Under the pieces are notes generated by a model that saw nothing but the letters and a program-made list of their open reading frames with translations, searched no databases and was not told the origin of the DNA. From assembly GCA_001820875.1 (NCBI GenBank), contig MHRF01000013.1, positions 73,992 through 137,991 of the forward strand: DNA of 64,000 nucleotides, in the 5' to 3' direction. How positions within the stretch are numbered: the first letter of the stretch is position 1; each line of letters opens with the position of its first letter. The DNA comes from Candidatus Taylorbacteria bacterium RIFCSPHIGHO2_01_FULL_46_22b. Its GTDB lineage: Bacteria; Patescibacteriota; Minisyncoccia; Phycocordibacterales; DSPV01. The translations under genes were made by a program, and so were the position numbers. Of the stretch, positions 44,878 through 56,220 are shown piece after piece.

Positions 44878-46218
44878 TTAGCAATGACTGCCAGCAACAA
44901 AACCAGTCGTCCACCCGAGCTGAAGACTATATCCCCCCGACGGGCGATCGATATTGAGTACATCCCCTACTAAAAATAGATTGGGGAGTTTGCGGGATTC
45001 CATGGTTTTAAAATTGACTTCAGTAAGAGAAACGCCTCCAGAAGAAACAATCGCTTTCTCCGCACCAAGTAAACTCTTAACATGTAATGGAATCGATTTA
45101 AGCAACAGTGTGAGTGTGTTGCGATCCTCACTTCGCACACTGTGATTGACTGTCTCGCCGTCAATCTGTGCAATTGAAAGTAGAGGTGTTACAAGCGCCG
45201 CAGGAATCAGAGAGTTTAAACTATTCTTGAGTTTTTTATTACTCTCTGCCACAAGTAGTGCCTGTAATTTAGCTTTGAGCGCTCCATGATTGAGTTTAGG
45301 AAATAGATCCAACACAATTTGCACTTCGCCATACTGCAGAAGTTCACCGACCTCTCTGCTCATATGTAACACGGCTGGACCACTGATGCCAAAATGAGTA
45401 AATAGGAGTTTCCCTGTGTGCACTCGTCGCTTTTGCTTGGGACCTAAATCCTCTTGTTTTTGGCCGTCCTGAAAGATAGTTAACTTGATATCAGACAGCG
45501 TTATTCCTCCCAATTTTTTAGCCCATGCATCAAAAAGAGCGATCGGCACCAACGCAAAATTATTTTCAATAATCGTATGTCCAAGTTTCTTCAGCCACAT
45601 AAACCCTTCTCCAGTTGATCCAGTCTCTGGACGTGAAGTACCGCCGGTTGCCACCACACATGATTTTGCAGTGGTTTCTGTTCCGTCTTTCAACTTGATG
45701 CGAAAATTTTTTGTAGTATGGTCAAAAGATATTCCCGAAACAACTGCATTGATTTGTACTTTCACCCGAGTCTCACGTATATAATCCACGAGTACATCCC
45801 AAACCGATTGTGATTTATCTGAAACCGGAAACATCCTGCCTTCCGCCTCTTCTTTGGTCGGCATACCGCGGCCATTGAAAAACTCAACGGTCTCTTTGAC
45901 CGCAAATTGTGAAAAAGCGGAAAAAAGGAACTTACCATTGCCTTTATATTTTGCAAGCATCTCTCTGACATCAGTCTTGTTGTTCGTCACATTGCATCGT
46001 CCCCCACCGGTGATCAAAAGCTTCTTACCAAGTGTGGAATTTTTTTCAAGCAACACCACCGATCGGCCACGCTCTGCTGCTCGCCCAGCGGTCATCATGC
46101 CGGCAGGACCGCCGCCAATCACCACGACATCGTATATCTTATTATTTTTTTCTTGCATAACAACCATAACGACAACATCCTTAAATACTCCAGTTTTTAA
46201 GGGTGTTATTTCGTACAA
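44878..46218 (-). CDS. HI0933/BaiN-like FAD-dependent flavoprotein
   Basis: YDVVVIGGGPAGMMTAGRAAERGRSVVLLEKNSTLGKKLLITGGGRCNVTN. The probable start is the internal Met (MQEKNNKIYDVV..). Confidence 0.7.
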   Translation of the reverse strand: MYEITPLKTGVFKDVVVMVVMQEKNNKIYDVVVIGGGPAGMMTAGRAAERGRSVVLLEKNSTLGKKLLITGGGRCNVTNNKTDVREMLAKYKGNGKFLFSAFSQFAVKETVEFFNGRGMPTKEEAEGRMFPVSDKSQSVWDVLVDYIRETRVKVQINAVVSGISFDHTTKNFRIKLKDGTETTAKSCVVATGGTSRPETGSTGEGFMWLKKLGHTIIENNFALVPIALFDAWAKKLGGITLSDIKLTIFQDGQKQEDLGPKQKRRVHTGKLLFTHFGISGPAVLHMSREVGELLQYGEVQIVLDLFPKLNHGALKAKLQALLVAESNKKLKNSLNSLIPAALVTPLLSIAQIDGETVNHSVRSEDRNTLTLLLKSIPLHVKSLLGAEKAIVSSGGVSLTEVNFKTMESRKLPNLFLVGDVLNIDRPSGGYSLQLGWTTGFVAGSHC

Positions 46219-46490
46219 CGAAAAGACTCTAGAAAACGTGCGAATGTCTTTCCATATGGAGATAAAGTATGTTCGACAAACCTACTTCTGTATTTTTTAT
46301 TAACTAATCCTGCTGCATAGAGACGTCTCAAATGTTCGCCGATTGTTTTTGGATTTGCCTCTAAAATTTCTATAATACGCATGAGGCTCACGTTGGGGTT
46401 ATCAGCTATCGTTAGGAGAATTTCGATGCGATAGTGGTTTGCCATACCCTTAAGGTGTCGCTCCATTTGTTTTGCTGTCTTTAATTTCAT
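46206..46490 (-). CDS. ArsR/winged-helix transcriptional regulator
   Basis: 94 aa with a wHTH core. Confidence 0.5.
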   Translation of the reverse strand: MKLKTAKQMERHLKGMANHYRIEILLTIADNPNVSLMRIIEILEANPKTIGEHLRRLYAAGLVNKKYRSRFVEHTLSPYGKTFARFLESFRCTK

Positions 46491-46606
46491 TATAAGTTAT
46501 ATTACACTATATCCTTAAAAACTCCAGTTTTTAAGGATATGTCTTATTTAAAACAGGTGTAATCGGATTACAAATCAGGTACTTCGAGTACACATACGTG
46601 CTCTCC

Positions 46607-48103
46607 TCAGAGTTCCAAATCAAGAGTCTCGTCAATCCGAATCTTCTCGACAAAATCTTTTACGTGAGAAACGAGAATCATAGCACCCTGAAAACTGTCG
46701 AGTGCAGTGGCAATCAAAGGAATGTGGCGAAAGTTTATATGATTAGTCGGTTCATCAAGAATCAGAAGTCCAGGACGCTCAAGTACGAGTCGAGCAAACG
46801 CAACCAAGCCTTTCTGCCCTTCCGAAAGACTTCCTACCTTGCTACGAATTGCTTCCGCGTCAATGAGAAATCCTGCCGCGGTACTTCGCATTTTTTCCTC
46901 ATCTGCTTTGGGCATTACTTCCATTAAAGAGTTGTAGACCGTATCCTCGAAATTAAGTGTCGAGAAATCCTGACGGTAATATCCAATTTTCACCTCCTCC
47001 GCAATCTGCACTCCTTTTGCAGTCCGCTTGGCGATTGATTCAAGCAAGGTGCTCTTGCCAATTCCGTTGGGACCACGAAGCAACAAGTGTCCTCCGCGGC
47101 GAAGTGTTACCTGCACCTTACGCGTCACCACCACATGCTTCTTATTCATCACAGTGAAAGAAGAAATATTCACGAGTTCACCTCCTATATCATCCTGTGC
47201 AGGAATGCTAAATGGCCTGATTATCCTATCCTCTCGGCGCACATCCACTTTCTCTTCTTCAAGAATTTCTGCCTTTTCCCTCATCCGTTTGGCAACCAAA
47301 CGCATCTGGCCTCCTTTGTGAGCAAAGAAGTTGGCCTTGTCTTTATTTTCCTGTATTTCTTTTGCAAGCTGGGCATTTTTCCGATTTTCTTTTTCAATAC
47401 GAGCAGAAATCTCTTTCACCACGTCTAAATAGTTTCCAGAATATTGCTCGACTTTACGCGTATGCACATCTAAATAGAGGACTCCGTCGCTAAATGCATT
47501 AAGAAATGCTGCATCGTGAGAGATCACCATAACTGTCTTTTTGTAATTAATGAGAAATTGCGTCAGGTGGTCAATACCTGCTTTATCGAGATTGTTTGTT
47601 GGCTCGTCCAATAGCAACAAATCAGGATCAGCAATGAGCGCAGAGGCGAGCAGAAGGCGAGCTTGTTGGCCTCCAGAAAACGATTTAACAATCCGATCGT
47701 GCACTTTTTCATGACCACGAAGATTCACTACCTCGAGCACTTCATCAATACGCGGATCAATATCGTACACTTTTTCTGCAAAGCACTTTTGGAAAAAATC
47801 GCGTACGGAAATAGTAAGATCTTCGCGCGGGATTACTTGGCGCGAGAGCGCAATCGAGAGGCCATTCGATATATGTATCTTCCCCGATTCAGGATGCAAG
47901 CCACCAGTGATCAACTGGAATATAGTGCTTTTACCTGCACCATTTTGACCCATGAACGTAATTTTGGTTCCTCGGCGTACAGTAAAATCAACCTCGTCTA
48001 ATATAGGTTTTCGAGGTCCATATTCAAATGAGACTTTCTCAAACGAAACAACACTTTCTGATTTACCTTGGAGCTGGCGGTCAGGTTTTGCCATACGAGC
48101 CAC
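46607..48103 (-). CDS. ABC-F family ATPase (two tandem ABC domains, no TM domain)
   Basis: Two Walker A motifs (GQNGAGKST, GPNGIGKST), two signature motifs (FSGGQQAR, LSEGQKGL), two Walker B motifs (LLLLDEPTN, LLILDEPTN). Confidence 0.8.
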   Translation of the reverse strand: MARMAKPDRQLQGKSESVVSFEKVSFEYGPRKPILDEVDFTVRRGTKITFMGQNGAGKSTIFQLITGGLHPESGKIHISNGLSIALSRQVIPREDLTISVRDFFQKCFAEKVYDIDPRIDEVLEVVNLRGHEKVHDRIVKSFSGGQQARLLLASALIADPDLLLLDEPTNNLDKAGIDHLTQFLINYKKTVMVISHDAAFLNAFSDGVLYLDVHTRKVEQYSGNYLDVVKEISARIEKENRKNAQLAKEIQENKDKANFFAHKGGQMRLVAKRMREKAEILEEEKVDVRREDRIIRPFSIPAQDDIGGELVNISSFTVMNKKHVVVTRKVQVTLRRGGHLLLRGPNGIGKSTLLESIAKRTAKGVQIAEEVKIGYYRQDFSTLNFEDTVYNSLMEVMPKADEEKMRSTAAGFLIDAEAIRSKVGSLSEGQKGLVAFARLVLERPGLLILDEPTNHINFRHIPLIATALDSFQGAMILVSHVKDFVEKIRIDETLDLEL

Positions 48104-48166
48104 TCTAACACAAAATCATGTTTCTGTGATCGGATGTGCCAAAACTAATACCGAAATTCGACACAC

Positions 48167-48556
48167 CTAACTCTGGAACTCAACCTCAAACGGATACATT
48201 CCCATCCCACATGACCCTTTGAGGATCCCAAGTTTGCCGGTACCAATATCAATATCTGTCAATCCTGTTTGAGGAAGAATCTTTGAGATATTCATACTGG
48301 GAATCCGAATCGAGGAAGAACAATCAAATGTCCCGCTGGTGTTAAACCGAAGAATAGTGGGTATGCCAGCTTGGGCGACATTTTTACGCGGAAAATATCC
48401 GCCCTTAGCCTTAATCTCAATAATCTGCACGCCATCCACAATAGAAACATTATTCATGTTGGGCACTTGTTCAACAGAAGGATTGCTGTCAGCAAGAATA
48501 TACGCCCCTCCAATCAGAACAATTGCGACAACAACTGATATAACCGTTGCTTTCAT
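48167..48556 (-). CDS. Small exported protein, possibly metal-binding
   Basis: Signal/TM N-terminus, conserved Cys pair. It lies directly downstream of the copper module. Confidence 0.45.
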   Translation of the reverse strand: MKATVISVVVAIVLIGGAYILADSNPSVEQVPNMNNVSIVDGVQIIEIKAKGGYFPRKNVAQAGIPTILRFNTSGTFDCSSSIRIPSMNISKILPQTGLTDIDIGTGKLGILKGSCGMGMYPFEVEFQS

Positions 48557-48569
48557 ATAGACAAGTATA

Positions 48570-49601
48570 CTAGAAAACGAATACCGGCGGTATGATCCCG
48601 ATTACCACCAAACTATTGATAAGGTTGAAGAGCGCAAACGCGATCACCACCAGCCCCGCCGATTTGAAGAAAATTCCTGACTTCGAACTATTTTTCATAC
48701 TAAACGAACTGAAACTCACCAGTGCGAGCACCGGAAATGTTCCAAGTGCAAATGCAAGCATAGTCAGTCCACCCGTAAGAAAACTTCCTGTGGAAAGTGT
48801 GTAGAGTTGCATTGATTGTGTAAACCCACACGGCAGAAAAAAAGTAGCTATACCAACGAGGAGCGGAGTAAATGTGTGATTAAGCTTGGATACTCCGTGA
48901 GCATATTTTGAAACAAACTTCGGCATTGAAGGCTGAAATTTTTTTGCCCACACAAATACATCCAAAAGATTAATACCAAGTATAAGCATCACAATACCCA
49001 CAACGAGACTCAGAACAAATGTAGCTGATGTATTAAGCGTAAATACAGCGCCAAGTGCACCAATAACACCTCCAAGTACAAAAAATGAGATGATGCGGCC
49101 TCCATGGAACATCAATTGCGGTTTTATCCTGTCCCCCTCTCTTGCAAAAGTGGCCGACATCGAAAGCACCAACCCACCCACCACTGCCATACAAGTTGAA
49201 AGCGAAGCGATGATGCCTACGACAAACGCAGTGCCATAAGTTACATTGCCGGAATTTACGAGATTGACGATCCCCATCTTCTGAAGACCTACGAAGAGCG
49301 TAATAAAACCAAGCGCTATTGGTAGAGCGATTTTAAACTCCTGCCATCTCACTGTGCGTTTCTGTTTTTCAACGGAAATGGTATAGCCGTGGGACTTGAG
49401 CGGAATAGTCAATTCTTCTGCAATTCTTTCCGGTGTTTTTTCTCCAAAATCTCCTGTTACTTCTATAGAATGCTTATTGAGATTTGATTTTACATACGTA
49501 ACATTCGGCAAATCTCCTATCTCGCTTTCGGTCATCAGTACACATGCATTGCAGTGCATGCCGTGAACGTGGAAAGTATATTTTTGAGTTTGTGTAGTCA
49601 T
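48570..49601 (-). CDS. Heavy-metal-associated (HMA) domain fused to a polytopic membrane domain
   Basis: N-terminal HVHGMHCNACVL (GMxCxxC ferredoxin-like metal-binding fold), then ~8 TM helices with a conserved LPCGF. Confidence 0.6.
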   Translation of the reverse strand: MTTQTQKYTFHVHGMHCNACVLMTESEIGDLPNVTYVKSNLNKHSIEVTGDFGEKTPERIAEELTIPLKSHGYTISVEKQKRTVRWQEFKIALPIALGFITLFVGLQKMGIVNLVNSGNVTYGTAFVVGIIASLSTCMAVVGGLVLSMSATFAREGDRIKPQLMFHGGRIISFFVLGGVIGALGAVFTLNTSATFVLSLVVGIVMLILGINLLDVFVWAKKFQPSMPKFVSKYAHGVSKLNHTFTPLLVGIATFFLPCGFTQSMQLYTLSTGSFLTGGLTMLAFALGTFPVLALVSFSSFSMKNSSKSGIFFKSAGLVVIAFALFNLINSLVVIGIIPPVFVF

Positions 49602-49603
49602 GC

Positions 49604-51931
49604 TTATAGTTTTTTAGCTTTAATACGAAGTGAATTCGATACAACCGATACCGACGACATGGCCATGGCGAAACCGGCAAAGACAGGATTCAATAACCAA
49701 CCAAAGACAGGATAAAAAGCTCCTGCGGCAAGGGGTATTCCTACGACGTTGTAGATAAACGCCCAGAAGAGATTCTGCTTAATGCCACGCATAGTGATCT
49801 TCGAAAGCTTAATCGCCTTCACGATCTTGGAAATATCTCCGCCAAGAAGCGTGATACCAGCTGACTCTATTGCCACATCAGTTCCGGTCCCCATGGCGAT
49901 ACCAACATCTGCTTGAGCGAGTGCTGGAGCATCGTTTACACCATCACCCGCCATTGCTACCACTCGACCTTGTGACTGAAGCTCTTTTATCTTTTCGAGT
50001 TTGTCTTTCGGGAGCACATGAGCTACCACATCATCAATACCAACGAGCGATGCAATGTATTTTGCCGCCTTTTCATCATCGCCGGTAAGCATAACTACTT
50101 TGACTCCTAGAGCATGAAGATTTTTTACTGCCTCGATTGATTCAGATTTGATTTCATCAGCCACCATTACAAAACCGAGAACCTTTTCTTTGGTAGCGAG
50201 AATAACTGGCGTTTTGCCCTGCGAAGTAAACTCGTTAAGTTTTGTCGCATCAAAGGATACTTTTAGATCACTTATGAGTTTTGCATTGCCGACAAAGTAT
50301 TCCGTGCCGTTAATTTCCCCCTTAAGCCCTTTGCCTTGTATCCCTTCAAAGTCCATTGCTTCGGAGATAAAAATGCTCTGCTCCTCGGCATAGTTAACGA
50401 TCGCATGAGCAATGGGATGTTCTGATTTTTTCTCAAGCGATGCCAGAATCGATACGAGTTCATCGTCTTTTTGGTTTGAAAGGTTTTGAATATCGACGAG
50501 CGTCGGCTTGCCTCGAGTTAATGTACCTGTTTTATCAACCACAACAGTATTTACCTTATGTAATTTTTCAAGAGTTGCGGCATCCTTGATAAGGATCCCT
50601 TCTCTCGCTCCCTTACCAACCCCCACGATTATTGCTGTCGGTGTGGCAAGACCGAGTGCACAAGGGCAAGCGATGACGAGTATTCCTACGAAAGAGACGA
50701 GGCCAAAGGAGAGAGCTTGTGAAAAACCTAGATACTGTGATCCGATAATGAGCCATGCACCGAGAGTTAGAAATGCAATCACTAGGACAATCGGTACAAA
50801 GACTGACGAAATTTTGTCTGCGAGAGCCTGTATCGGAGCCTTGCTTCCCTGAGCTTCCTCAACCATCTTGATGATCTGGGCGAGTAATGTTTCTGATCCA
50901 ACTTTTGTTGCTTTAAATGTAAAAGATCCACTGGTGTTGATTGTTCCGGATACAACACTGTCTCCGATCTTTTTCTGCACTGACATCGGCTCACCTGTAA
51001 CCATAGATTCATCAACAAAAGAACTGCCGAGAGTGATAACACCGTCCACTGGAATCTTTACGCCAGGCTTAACGATGATCAGATCACCTTGCTTGACGTC
51101 ATTTACCGATATTTCTATTTCTTTACCATCACGTATAACGAGTGCGGTCTTGGCTTGCAGATTAAGAAGTTTTTCTATAGCGTCGCCCGTCTTTATTTTC
51201 GATCGAGCTTCTAAGTATTTGCCAAGCGCGATAAAAGTAATAACCACGATCGTCACATCGTAGTATTGATAATCAACATTTATAAAAGGCCGGAGTGTTT
51301 CCTCAAGGGCAGTAACTGCAAAACTGTATAAAAAGGCGGCTGTAGTTCCAATACCAATGAGCGTGTCCATGTTTGCCTTGCCGTATCGGAGAAATCTATA
51401 AAAACCAAGTAGGTATGGCTTACCAAGGACAAAGAGTATATAGGTCGCCATCAGAGGCAGGAGATGATGAAAAAACTCTTTTACCACATAACCCATTTCT
51501 GATACGACACCGTACTCCGCAAGAATATCCCAGCCCATGACAAAAGCGGCAAAAATCGCAATAGGGATGGCTGAAAACACTTTTGTTCGCATGCCCGTAA
51601 CCTCGGCTAACTTTTCCTTTTTAGATTGATTTATTCCTAAATGAGCCGCATGTTCATCTGCTGACATACCCATCTCCTCTGCTAATTGACCGCCATCCTC
51701 ATGTGAAGTTTCCTGATCCAAAAAGAGAGAGTAGCCCAGCGGCTCTATTTTCCTTGAAAGCTCCTGTACACTTGTTTTTGATTCATCAAAAGCCACTTTT
51801 GCTTTTTCAGTCCCATAATTCACTTCAGCAGAGTGGACCCCTTCAGTTTTCTTGAAAGTTTTCTCGATAATGCCTGCGCATGAAGCACAGTGCATTCCTT
51901 TTATTCTGTAAGTTTTTGTTGGATGATTCAT
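49604..51931 (-). CDS. copA: Copper-translocating P1B-type ATPase
   Basis: N-terminal [17 protein letters not shown] motif ([11 protein letters not shown]), phosphorylation site DKTGTLT, hinge [10 protein letters not shown]. Confidence 0.9.
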   Translation of the reverse strand: MNHPTKTYRIKGMHCASCAGIIEKTFKKTEGVHSAEVNYGTEKAKVAFDESKTSVQELSRKIEPLGYSLFLDQETSHEDGGQLAEEMGMSADEHAAHLGINQSKKEKLAEVTGMRTKVFSAIPIAIFAAFVMGWDILAEYGVVSEMGYVVKEFFHHLLPLMATYILFVLGKPYLLGFYRFLRYGKANMDTLIGIGTTAAFLYSFAVTALEETLRPFINVDYQYYDVTIVVITFIALGKYLEARSKIKTGDAIEKLLNLQAKTALVIRDGKEIEISVNDVKQGDLIIVKPGVKIPVDGVITLGSSFVDESMVTGEPMSVQKKIGDSVVSGTINTSGSFTFKATKVGSETLLAQIIKMVEEAQGSKAPIQALADKISSVFVPIVLVIAFLTLGAWLIIGSQYLGFSQALSFGLVSFVGILVIACPCALGLATPTAIIVGVGKGAREGILIKDAATLEKLHKVNTVVVDKTGTLTRGKPTLVDIQNLSNQKDDELVSILASLEKKSEHPIAHAIVNYAEEQSIFISEAMDFEGIQGKGLKGEINGTEYFVGNAKLISDLKVSFDATKLNEFTSQGKTPVILATKEKVLGFVMVADEIKSESIEAVKNLHALGVKVVMLTGDDEKAAKYIASLVGIDDVVAHVLPKDKLEKIKELQSQGRVVAMAGDGVNDAPALAQADVGIAMGTGTDVAIESAGITLLGGDISKIVKAIKLSKITMRGIKQNLFWAFIYNVVGIPLAAGAFYPVFGWLLNPVFAGFAMAMSSVSVVSNSLRIKAKKL

Positions 51932-51936
51932 ATTTT

Positions 51937-52206
51937 TTATTTGCGCTTAAGACCATATACTTTAAGTATCTCTTTGACCGCCGTACCTTCTTTCCCCTTT
52001 TTCATTTGATGCACCACGCAAGTACTTAAATGGTTTTCCATTAACACATCTTCAATACCTGACAGAGCTTGTTTAACCGCAGATGTCTGTGTAATCACAT
52101 CAATACAGTAGGTGTCTTTTCTAAGCATCTCCTGCAATCCTCTGACCTGTCCTTCGACAATCTTAAGGCGGCGGACAAGTTTTTGTTTAGTTGGACTCAT
52201 GGGCAT
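51937..52206 (-). CDS. csoR: CsoR/RcnR-family metal-sensing repressor
   Basis: 89 aa with the conserved C...H...C pattern (YCIDV...HLSTC). Confidence 0.7.
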   Translation of the reverse strand: MPMSPTKQKLVRRLKIVEGQVRGLQEMLRKDTYCIDVITQTSAVKQALSGIEDVLMENHLSTCVVHQMKKGKEGTAVKEILKVYGLKRK

Positions 52207-52334
52207 TAAAAATATTTAGTAATAATTCAATTACCACCAAGTATACCCCCTAGGGGTATTAGTGTCAACTGTGGATAAAAACCTTCTACACAGAGAGTTT
52301 TACTTCAAACCAGTGAAATTTTATCTCAAGTCCC

Positions 52335-53036
52335 CTACTTGGATACCTGATCTAAAAAACTAAAGAGAAATTTATTCATTTCAGAATAATCACATTTCCT
52401 CAACACTTCGGCAGTTTGTATAAAAGGCAAATTTTTATATTTTTCCAATTCATCAGCATTGTTCTGAATCATTCCTTCAATAGCTTCGGGAGTAAACTCA
52501 AAATGACACTGGAAACCCCATATCTTCGGCGTATAGCGGACTATTTGGCGCGGACATCCCTCGCTCATCGCTAACACTTGTGATTCGGGAGTAAGCCCTG
52601 GCATATCACCATGCCAGTGCCCTACCATAAATTTTACCGGAAACGTCGAGAATATCGGATCTTGTTTTCCATCTTCAGTAAGTGTCAGAGGAAAAACTCC
52701 GATTTCTCTGTGGGGGCTATGATCAAAATGTGCGCCAAGCGCTTCTCCAATAAACTGCGCGCCAAGGCATACCCCAAGCAAAATCTTTTTCTCCTTAATT
52801 GCTTTCTTGATAAAAGCAATTTCTTTTTTTGCATCAAAATGCGAACATTCCTCAAGGGTTGTAGCGGGAGATTGTGGTCCTCCCATCACTACCAAAAAAT
52901 CAAAATTACACTCGGTGGGAAAAGTGTCGCCGTTATACAATCTGGTGTAAGTCATCTCGCAACCCTTCTTCTTCGCCCATGTTTCTATCGCCGCAGGAGA
53001 TTCAAAACTTTCATGCGTGACGAAATGGATCTTCAT
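52335..53036 (-). CDS. Class I glutamine amidotransferase-like protein
   Basis: LGVCLGAQ nucleophile-elbow motif, HFE near the C-terminus. Confidence 0.7.
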   Translation of the reverse strand: MKIHFVTHESFESPAAIETWAKKKGCEMTYTRLYNGDTFPTECNFDFLVVMGGPQSPATTLEECSHFDAKKEIAFIKKAIKEKKILLGVCLGAQFIGEALGAHFDHSPHREIGVFPLTLTEDGKQDPIFSTFPVKFMVGHWHGDMPGLTPESQVLAMSEGCPRQIVRYTPKIWGFQCHFEFTPEAIEGMIQNNADELEKYKNLPFIQTAEVLRKCDYSEMNKFLFSFLDQVSK

Positions 53037-53049
53037 ATCTCACTCGGAA

Positions 53050-53370
53050 TTACTTTACCTCTTCCCACTCACCTGTTTCATTTTGCACAGCAATTTGCTC
53101 TCCAAATACAGATGCTCCGCCCTCATAATACACAGCAGAAATGCAAGTGACTGTCTCTACGACATTCGGAAAGTTTCCCCTCCTTGTATATAAATATTCA
53201 GTTTTTTCACCTGCATTTTTACCTTTAACTTCTGCCTCAAGAAAATAGAGTCCTTCCCCATCAGACATCTCGCGAATAAATGTGGCCCCTTCGGCAAAAC
53301 GTGAGATAGCTTCCATCACTTCGTCTCTCGTTAAAATCCGTTCAGGTGCCCTTTCAGGTGAGTTGTTCAT
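53050..53370 (-). CDS. Hypothetical small protein
   Basis: The ORF track extends this ORF to 53550, but the first 60 codons look non-genic. The internal ATG at 53370 gives a 106-aa product. Confidence 0.35.
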   Translation of the reverse strand: MNNSPERAPERILTRDEVMEAISRFAEGATFIREMSDGEGLYFLEAEVKGKNAGEKTEYLYTRRGNFPNVVETVTCISAVYYEGGASVFGEQIAVQNETGEWEEVK

Positions 53371-53680
53371 AGATATATAGTATAACAAAAAGACTCGAGT
53401 TGAAATATGAAAATCAACTATACTTGTGCTACCATTCGAAATGGAAGGATGCCAAATGAAAACGACCAAAAACCGAGAAAAGAAAGCAGGTTCCAGAAAG
53501 TGCTCTGTTCGGAGCGCAGGAAGCGTCAACTTGTTCGCAATTTCCTGCATAACTCAAACCGCCGCGCAATGTCCTACTCGAAGAGCAAGGGTAGCCCGCT
53601 ATTTTTGTCCCGAGCGCTAATCTTTGCTCGACCTCTCCAAACTCCCTTCGGGGAGTTTGTCTTTTTAATAGTTTAACTTA

Positions 53681-54982
53681 TTACTCAAGCGTGTTAAGGA
53701 CGGCACGAGTCTTTGGTCCAACACTCCCCAGAGGTTCAATCCCCTTTGCGTTCTGGAACGCAATAACCGAAACACGTGTGATTGCTCCAAAGTAACCTGT
53801 TGGTTCAACAGTAAAATATCCTGTGCTCTGAAGCAGAAGTTGAAGTTTGCGCACATCTTCCCCACGCGATCCCTGTTGTAAATTCATTGTGAATACAAAC
53901 GATTGTCCTGCGATTGGATTACTAGACGCGTCGAGAGCCGCACGAGTCTTTGGACCTACCACACCAATAGGATCGATACCTTTCGCATTCTGAAATGCGA
54001 TAAGTGATTTTTCAGTGAGCGGGCCGAAATATCCAGTAACCTCGGCTGAAAAGTAGCCTAAATCTTTGAGCTGCTGTTGCAATATTTTAACGGCTTCTCC
54101 GGTCGAACCAAAAGACAGACTCGAGGAATTACCTTTAACGGGGAGGGGTAGGAATTTTGCTGAAGCAGTAAGTGCTTTTCTGGTAAGTACATCGGCAATT
54201 CCACTTGGTGCGAGTCCTTTGGCATTCTGGAAGCGTCTAACCGCTTCTCGCGTCACAGAATCATATGTATCAGTAATTTCACCTGCATAATAACCAAGTG
54301 ACTCTAATTCACCCTGAAGAATCTTAACCTCTTGATCGATCATCCCTTCTTGAAGAATTTTCGGCGCAACAACCTGTTCCTCCGCCTCTAGACCTCCTTC
54401 ATTTGAATGCATGACATTCACGCTCGACTGACCTCGGGACTGGCCACCTGAAGCAGAGAGCAGTGTCTCATAGGGATTGAGGGTAGTTCGGTCAGGAGCA
54501 CGTATCTCGAAGTGAAGGTGCGAAACTGTTGCTTCTGCATTTCCGCTATCCCCAACCCAACCAATAATTTGTCCTTTAGTGACTGCTGTTCTGCGCGCGA
54601 GACCTGATGCATATGCGTTTGACTCCCCTCCCTGTCCATCATCGGTCCCCGGAGTATCGTTATTGAGATGGAGATACCGATATGAATACCCTTCCGAATC
54701 ACGAATCGTTATTGAATATCCCCACGATGCCTGCGGAATCGCAATATAAGTAATGGTGCCGTCAGCGACTGCTACCACCGGCGTCATCTTATCCGCAATA
54801 ATATCGATGCCCAGATGCTCTCTTGCTCCACCCGCACGAGGCTCTGCAAAATCGTTTCTGAAGCTATACTCGCCACTTACCGGAAAGATGATGGTACGAA
54901 CTTGTGCACGTGCTGTTGAAGCAATAGAAGAGGAAACAAGAAAAACAATCACCGCAAGGAAAAAGAGCGTGTGAAATCTCAT
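53681..54982 (-). CDS. M23-family peptidase with three peptidoglycan-binding repeats
   Basis: Signal peptide, then HLGIDI...HLHFEIR (M23 HxxxD / HxH), then three ~60-aa repeats (..LGYY..E.TG.F...T..AV..FQ.AKGL...G..G..T...L). Confidence 0.8.
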   Translation of the reverse strand: MRFHTLFFLAVIVFLVSSSIASTARAQVRTIIFPVSGEYSFRNDFAEPRAGGAREHLGIDIIADKMTPVVAVADGTITYIAIPQASWGYSITIRDSEGYSYRYLHLNNDTPGTDDGQGGESNAYASGLARRTAVTKGQIIGWVGDSGNAEATVSHLHFEIRAPDRTTLNPYETLLSASGGQSRGQSSVNVMHSNEGGLEAEEQVVAPKILQEGMIDQEVKILQGELESLGYYAGEITDTYDSVTREAVRRFQNAKGLAPSGIADVLTRKALTASAKFLPLPVKGNSSSLSFGSTGEAVKILQQQLKDLGYFSAEVTGYFGPLTEKSLIAFQNAKGIDPIGVVGPKTRAALDASSNPIAGQSFVFTMNLQQGSRGEDVRKLQLLLQSTGYFTVEPTGYFGAITRVSVIAFQNAKGIEPLGSVGPKTRAVLNTLE

Positions 54983-55045
54983 ACTAGTACAGACGTTTTG
55001 GTCTCCTGAAGCTTACCTGACTAATGCAAAAATCTTGTACGTTTA

Positions 55046-55200
55046 TTGCCTAGCGAAGTGAGAGAAGTGAAAAAATCCTTTTTTCACTTCCGAACAAGCG
55101 ACGGCAACAAAGGGTGTTCATACCCCGCCCCTTGGGGCGGATGAGGGCGCGCCCTGCGCGCTCCTCATGCGGGGCTTGCCCCGAGATAAATACCCCTTTA
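55046..55200. repeat. Degenerate copy (C) of the intergenic repeat family, with GC-rich internal palindromes
   Basis: TTGCCTAGCGA...CGAACAAGCGACGGCAACAAAGGGTGTTCATA...ATACCCCTTTA shares its ends with copies A and B. Confidence 0.45.
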
Positions 55201-56220
55201 TAGTGTTCCGAAACGGCGGCGATCAAAAAGAAGCGAGAAAAATGCGAGCACAGCAAAGATAAACGGAATCCAGTAGTCTGGTAAATAGAGACGAGCTATG
55301 TTCCAGTAACTTATCCATTGAATAGAGACCGTTCCGTTCACGGTGGCAACGTTATCAAGAAGTGTTTGATCTTGTGTTTGCACAGCTTTCTGCCAATCTT
55401 GTGCGTATTTGATATTCCGATCAGCCTCATTGAGCTGGAGCGTGTATGATGCATTTTCATTTACGAGCTGTTTCTTCAGCGATGCCACATTGTCGGATAC
55501 AGATTGTATCTGGATCAATAGTTGAGGTGTTTCAGTTTGTGCGCGCAACGTTACTAACTGCTGTGTATCAGCGTCAATTTGTGACTGCAGCGACTGCACT
55601 TTGCTTGCATGCGCATTGACGAGCTTTTGGCGCGCAGTCTTGTAATCCGAAAGCGTGGTATCTGCCTGCTTTTGCTGTTCTTCAATATTCTGCTTTTGCG
55701 GCAAGAGATTTTGCGATGAAATATTGATTGTAAGAAAACGGCTAGGAACCAAACTTTCGAGTTCGGCACGAAACGCATCATACTTACCTTGCGGTAAGGC
55801 AAAACTGACCGATCCATATTTAGGAGAACTTGATTGCTGGTCAATACGGCCATCATATCCTCGCACGGTAGTTTCCACTCGGCGCGTCAATCCCTGCACA
55901 TCACGCGTACTCATAGAAGTGTTGTAATACACTTTCAAAAATTCTCTGGTGTCGGTCACGGGAACATCGGGATTGGGATACGGGTACGGATAGTAGAGAC
56001 TACCATCCCGAGTAGGCGCGCCGGCAGCGGTCGGGTATGACACACCCGAATTTGGAGAATCTTCCATCACTCCTACACTAGTGCCCATCGGCACCGCATA
56101 CCGCATGCTCGGACGAGCAACTGCGACAAAAGTGCCAATCGCAAGAATGGTTAATACAATGGTAAGCCACGAAACACGTCGCGGCCAAAATTTACGAGGA
56201 GTATTTTGATTGTCGGTCAT
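55198..56220 (-). CDS. DUF4349-like membrane-anchored coiled-coil protein
   Basis: N-terminal TM, a long Q-rich coiled coil, C-terminal TM. Confidence 0.55.
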   Translation of the reverse strand: MTDNQNTPRKFWPRRVSWLTIVLTILAIGTFVAVARPSMRYAVPMGTSVGVMEDSPNSGVSYPTAAGAPTRDGSLYYPYPYPNPDVPVTDTREFLKVYYNTSMSTRDVQGLTRRVETTVRGYDGRIDQQSSSPKYGSVSFALPQGKYDAFRAELESLVPSRFLTINISSQNLLPQKQNIEEQQKQADTTLSDYKTARQKLVNAHASKVQSLQSQIDADTQQLVTLRAQTETPQLLIQIQSVSDNVASLKKQLVNENASYTLQLNEADRNIKYAQDWQKAVQTQDQTLLDNVATVNGTVSIQWISYWNIARLYLPDYWIPFIFAVLAFFSLLFDRRRFGTL

